From the NCBI GenBank assembly GCA_964619365.1, contig CAZUDQ010000015.1:1-10526 (forward strand): 10,526 nt of DNA, in the 5' to 3' direction. Positions within the stretch are counted from its first letter, which is position 1; each line of letters begins with the position of its first letter. Below, one piece after another: positions 7,050 to 10,526 of this stretch. Source of the stretch: an uncultured archaeon. Its GTDB lineage: Archaea > Altiarchaeota > Altiarchaeia > JAFGQM01. A model generated the notes under the pieces. The model had not been told where the DNA came from. It made no database searches and was given only the letters and a program-made list of their open reading frames with translations. The position numbers and the translations under genes are program-made.

Positions 7050-7553
7050 TCACTCCTCTATTGAAGGGATTATAGTAAGCCCTTTCTTTTCTGCTACCTT
7101 ATCAAGATTTTCCATCGCGCGGGCAAGATCCTCTTTTGTCTCTGCTGAGATTCCCACAAACGCCGAGGATGGGTCTGTAAGTGATTTCATTCCGATTTCA
7201 AGGGAACGGATTATTACGCCTTTGCCGCAGATTGCATGTATCGTATCCCTAATGTCGGTATCCACTATGTGGCCTATTATCACAAATTCTTTTGAAACGC
7301 GCGTACTTCCGCTTTTGCCAAACTTTTTTTCCGTGACTTCTATTCCGCTGTTTTGGAAGTCTGTAACAATGCCTTCAAGAGCATCTTCTTCAGCCTCAAG
7401 CCTCACCACAACAGGGATTTTTCCGCTTTTAGCCTTCTCTCTAAGGTGCGAAACTGAAAACAGGTTTGCCTTGTGTTTTGCAATGATGTCAAGGGAGCGA
7501 GAGAGCTCGCCCGGCTTATCCTCTAAGATTATGATTAGTTTACATTCGTCCAT
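7050..7553 (-). CDS. ACT-domain (amino-acid-binding) protein, putative allosteric partner of homoserine dehydrogenase
   Basis: LEDKPGELSRSLDIIAKHKANLFSVSH ACT signature and a second IIGHIVDTDIRDTI segment. Sits directly upstream of hom, as in methanogen operons. The ATG at 7553 is preferred over the track's start at 7562. Confidence 0.88.
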   Translation of the reverse strand: MDECKLIIILEDKPGELSRSLDIIAKHKANLFSVSHLREKAKSGKIPVVVRLEAEEDALEGIVTDFQNSGIEVTEKKFGKSGSTRVSKEFVIIGHIVDTDIRDTIHAICGKGVIIRSLEIGMKSLTDPSSAFVGISAETKEDLARAMENLDKVAEKKGLTIIPSIEE

Positions 7554-7564
7554 TTTGCACAAGA

Positions 7565-7951
7565 TTATCCCTTTTCTAATATCCTTAAGGCGAGATGAGA
7601 TGCGTTTTGCCCGTTGTCGATTCCAACGCAGGCTACCGGAACGCCTTTTGGCATTTGGGCGATTGATAAAAGAGCGTCAAGACCGTTGAGTTTTGAAGAG
7701 ACTGGAACCCCGATTACGGGTTTTTTTGTCTTTGATGCGACGACACCTGGGAGTGCCGCAGAGAGGCCTGCTATACAGATAAATACCTTTGCATCAGTCG
7801 CTTTTATGATATCATCAAGGCGCTCTGGCTCCCTGTGTGCAGAGCAGTATTCAATAACATAGTCTGTTTTTGCGTCCTTTAGGACGCCTTCGGCCTTTTC
7901 GACAATCGCCGAATCTGACTTTGAACCGGCAAGTATCATCACATCTGTCAT
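7565..7951 (-). CDS. purE: PurE / AIR carboxylase family protein, short 128-aa form
   Basis: AGSKSD P-loop, [48 protein letters not shown]. Start reassigned to the ATG at 7951 ([10 protein letters not shown]) because homology starts there and the track's extension overlaps the patatin gene. Confidence 0.95.
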   Translation of the reverse strand: MTDVMILAGSKSDSAIVEKAEGVLKDAKTDYVIEYCSAHREPERLDDIIKATDAKVFICIAGLSAALPGVVASKTKKPVIGVPVSSKLNGLDALLSIAQMPKGVPVACVGIDNGQNASHLALRILEKG

Positions 7952-8000
7952 TTTGTTAGCTAAGTTATCCTTCAAATTCATAAAAATGAACTGATTTTGC

Positions 8001-9107
8001 TTATTGGGAATCGGGATAGAATAAATTAAAGAAATCCTCTGTTGCTTTCTTGCCGCTTTTGTAAAGAAGATTTTCTGTTTCCTTTGAGATATCAAAGTCT
8101 GTAGGGGAAACTCCAAGCGAATCTATCCATATGCTGCGATTGGTGTTGTATGCTTTATTTTCACTGTTCCTTGTTTGTGAGGCGAGCATTGTTTCAAATA
8201 ATGTTTTGGCATACTTTAAAGGCTCGTTATAATCCAAATCATTCGTTTTGTTAATGGGTGTGACAGAAAACCCTAATGTCTTGTAATTTGGAACTCCGTT
8301 TTTATCAAAAAGATCCAGTGGATAGTTATAGACTACTACTCCGTCAACATAGATGTGGTCATCAGGCTCGCTATTGCTGAATTTCCAGGCGCGAAAAAAC
8401 ATAGGGATGCTCGTGCTTGCTCTTACTGCCTCGGCAACTATTGTATTTGGGGTCGTGTTGTAACTTAGGTCTTTGAATTTCTCTTCATTTAGGTCTGTAA
8501 CGATTATATGGAGTTCAAGACCGCCGTTCTCGTGTAAATCCTTAAAAGTCGCGTCTTTTGCTAGGCCTTTTTTTTCTATTAAAGATTCTATCCATTCAAG
8601 GCATGTGGCTCCTTTGTAGACGCCGTATTCACTTAGCAATGCGAGGGGATTGCCTCCGTTTTCAAATGAGTTTAAGTCCAGTCCCCCGAGTACCTCTGTA
8701 ATTTCACTCGTATCATATCCCAATGCTAGGATAGTTGCAACGATGCTGCCGGCACTTGCCCCTGCAACGCGCTTTACTCCACTTAAAACGCCTTTTTCGT
8801 CAAGGACTGTTATTGCCCCCGCGTAAGTTATGCCCTTGACTCCTGCGCCTGCAAAGACAAGATTTTCAATCCCGCCGTCTCTGTTATACTGAACAGGAGC
8901 GAGGGTGGCGTTATTTTGGGCTTGGGCGAATTTTACTGTTTCTTTCGGTTGGAAAGTATCCTGAGTTGGGGGAAGCAAGTTTTTTTCAGGGATTTTTTCA
9001 GAGAATGAGCTAAATGCGATGGCAATGATAATCAATAGCAATATTGCGGTTATTATGGCGCATGCGCATTTCACATTAGACGCTTTAGGTTCTTTTTGCA
9101 TTGTCAT
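8001..9107 (-). CDS. Patatin-like phospholipase (ExoU/VipD-like subfamily) with N-terminal TM/signal anchor
   Basis: [16 protein letters not shown] oxyanion loop, GASAG nucleophile, [23 protein letters not shown] catalytic Asp. N-terminal hydrophobic stretch [19 protein letters not shown]. Confidence 0.92.
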   Translation of the reverse strand: MTMQKEPKASNVKCACAIITAILLLIIIAIAFSSFSEKIPEKNLLPPTQDTFQPKETVKFAQAQNNATLAPVQYNRDGGIENLVFAGAGVKGITYAGAITVLDEKGVLSGVKRVAGASAGSIVATILALGYDTSEITEVLGGLDLNSFENGGNPLALLSEYGVYKGATCLEWIESLIEKKGLAKDATFKDLHENGGLELHIIVTDLNEEKFKDLSYNTTPNTIVAEAVRASTSIPMFFRAWKFSNSEPDDHIYVDGVVVYNYPLDLFDKNGVPNYKTLGFSVTPINKTNDLDYNEPLKYAKTLFETMLASQTRNSENKAYNTNRSIWIDSLGVSPTDFDISKETENLLYKSGKKATEDFFNLFYPDSQ

Positions 9108-9213
9108 TTAATCCGGGATACCATAAAAAGAACTTGCTTTGTTGAATAAACAAGACATTAAGTCTTTTCCGCCATTGATTCCCATCTACATATACCATAA
9201 GTAGTAATTATAC

Positions 9214-9236
9214 AAAAGTAAGAAAATCTTACTTTT
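9214..9236 (-). terminator. Perfect 10-bp inverted repeat with 3-nt loop at the stop of the right-hand surface-protein gene (putative terminator/hairpin)
   Basis: aaaagtaaga (9214-9223), aaa, tcttactttt (9227-9236); overlaps the TAA at 9237-9235. Confidence 0.55.
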
Positions 9237-10526
9237 AGATTTTCTCTGGCTTTATTGCCGCTTTTCTCCTGGATGCAAAGACTATAATCAATATGGCTGC
9301 GATTATTACTGCAATAAGAAGCAGGACTGATCTTGTGGCTGACTCAGTTACCCAGTCAAAGAAGTCGCTTACCACATTTGAGCCCGAGCCAAGTTCAGCT
9401 CCTTTTGGCCCCTTGCCAAGTCCGCTGACATCAAAGAGCTCGTAGTCGGGAGCGTACCCATCCTTATCTGCCATTACAGCCCACTTGCCCGGTTCATAAG
9501 TCCTGAATCCTTCTTCGTAGGAAAGTATTGTGCCGTTTGGGAGGATGAATTGTATTGTAGCGTTTTCTACTATGTTTCCGTTCTTGTCAACAACAGTCAC
9601 ATTGACGTCTTCTCCAAGAAGCTCGCCACCATCACGTAGGATGTTTAAGGCATCACTTGCGTTGAGTAAATCAAGGCCGCAAGTTTCAACCATTTGCCCG
9701 TTTCCTTGGCAACTATCGTTCTCGCATTCGCATGAACATTGTCGCGTCCTTAGACCGTTTTTGCACTCGCCCCACTCTGTGCATTCCCAGTATTTATCGC
9801 AAAGCCCTTTTGTGGGACAAGTTTCATCGTAAGTAAACTGGCAGGTTCCAGAGACGCAGTCTGGGATAAAGCACTCTGGCTGCGGGCAGTCACTTGCTAC
9901 CGAGCACGCGCAGACATATCCGCCTGGGATACATTCTCCGTTTGAACAGGAATCGCCTTCTGTACAGAAATCATCGTCATCACAAGGCTCGCCACTAAGG
10001 GGGATTGTCACGCACGCGCCATTTAGGCAGGAGACCCCCGTGCATGGATTATTGTCATCTTCACAATCTAGGTTGGCGTCACATTCCAGGACGCATACGC
10101 CTTCTGTGCATATTTTATCAGTAGGACAATCCGAGTCAGTATCACAAGTTGGGGAGCAGCTTCCACTCACACATAAGTATTCGCCTGGGCAATCCTCATC
10201 AGTATCGCAGTTTGGTGTGCAAATACCTTCCTGGCAATCTTGGTCTGCTGGGCAATCACCGCTACTGGTGCATTCCAGGACGCATACGCCTTCTGTGCAT
10301 ATTTTATCAGTAGGACAATCCGAGTCAGTATCACAAGTTGGGGAGCAGCTTCCACTCACACATAAGTATTCGCCTGGGCAATCCTCATCAGTATCGCAGT
10401 TTGGTGTGCAAATACCTTCCTGGCAATCTTGGTCTGCTGGGCAATCCTGATCTGATAAGCATATTATCCCGCAGTCTTTTTCTGTTATGGGCTCTTCTAT
10501 GCATTCTGAAGCGTTGGGACAAAGGC
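9235..10526 (-). CDS. C-terminal part (at least 429 aa, 5' end outside the window) of a Cys-rich membrane-anchored surface protein, paralogous to the left-hand giant gene
   Basis: The frame is open from the right edge, so the track's start at 10359 is internal. Contains the 63-aa Cys repeats, CEDDNNPCT and CDDDDFCT modules, TSP1-like WECTEWGECKNGLRTRQC, an Ig-like VNVTVVDKNGNIVENATI..ADKDGY segment, TM helix SVLLLIAVIIAAILIIVFA and basic tail SRRK. Confidence 0.93.
   Translation of the reverse strand, partial: LCPNASECIEEPITEKDCGIICLSDQDCPADQDCQEGICTPNCDTDEDCPGEYLCVSGSCSPTCDTDSDCPTDKICTEGVCVLECTSSGDCPADQDCQEGICTPNCDTDEDCPGEYLCVSGSCSPTCDTDSDCPTDKICTEGVCVLECDANLDCEDDNNPCTGVSCLNGACVTIPLSGEPCDDDDFCTEGDSCSNGECIPGGYVCACSVASDCPQPECFIPDCVSGTCQFTYDETCPTKGLCDKYWECTEWGECKNGLRTRQCSCECENDSCQGNGQMVETCGLDLLNASDALNILRDGGELLGEDVNVTVVDKNGNIVENATIQFILPNGTILSYEEGFRTYEPGKWAVMADKDGYAPDYELFDVSGLGKGPKGAELGSGSNVVSDFFDWVTESATRSVLLLIAVIIAAILIIVFASRRKAAIKPEKI
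10082..10446. repeat. 189-bp (63-aa) in-frame tandem repeat, ~1.9 identical units
   Basis: 10082-10257 recurs at 10271-10446; same unit as at 1-244. Confidence 0.95.
10203..10526. repeat. Direct repeat of the window start (matches 1..324)
   Basis: 318 of 324 positions identical, ungapped. Confidence 0.96.

Noticed and set aside
6689-7862. Plus-strand ORFs 6689-7003, 7000-7689, 7614-7862
   Set aside because: Antisense shadows of hom, the ACT gene and purE.
7977-7990. Palindrome ttcat-aaaa-atgaa upstream of purE as an operator
   Set aside because: Only 5-bp AT-rich arms, plausible by chance, and no second copy was noticed.
7952-8116. 55-aa N-terminal extension of PurE in the ORF track
   Set aside because: It overlaps the patatin 3' end by 116 bp and has no PurE similarity; the ATG at 7951 fits the family start.
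9530-10450. ORFs 9530-9832 (+), 10040-10450 (+) and 10167-10355 (-), and the 10359 start
   Set aside because: Shadows of the Cys-rich gene, whose frame is open to the window edge.
1-10526. Complete circular plasmid or virus
   Set aside because: The end overlap has 6 mismatches, the content is chromosomal housekeeping, and no rep, integrase or capsid gene is recognisable. A transient recombination circle is not excluded.

Overview
This 10.5-kb window looks like archaeal chromosome. The lineage is inferred, not proven; it resembles an Altiarchaeota/DPANN-like or methanogen-like organism. A mostly minus-strand housekeeping block (patatin-like lipase, purE, ACT-domain protein, hom, a divergent coiled-coil/wHTH gene, a small membrane protein, ilvC) sits between two partial, co-oriented Cys-rich surface-protein genes. 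The left gene (4111 to <1, at least 1370 codons) is missing from the ORF track because it has no stop in the window. It encodes a signal/anchor, two tandem GLUG-repeat beta-helix domains, a beta-rich linker, TSP1-like and Dicty-CTDC-like Cys modules, and a 63-aa Cys tandem repeat. The right gene (>10526 to 9235) has the matching C-terminal half: the same tandem repeat, the same Cys modules, an Ig-like domain and a TM anchor. The first and last 324 bp of the window are a direct repeat with 6 mismatches, and joining the ends there fuses the two halves in frame into one ~1692-aa protein. Inside the GLUG region an exact 28-bp nucleotide repeat occurs 4 times, three of them at an exact 84-bp period. 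No RNA genes, transposases, integrases, reverse transcriptase or cas genes were recognised.
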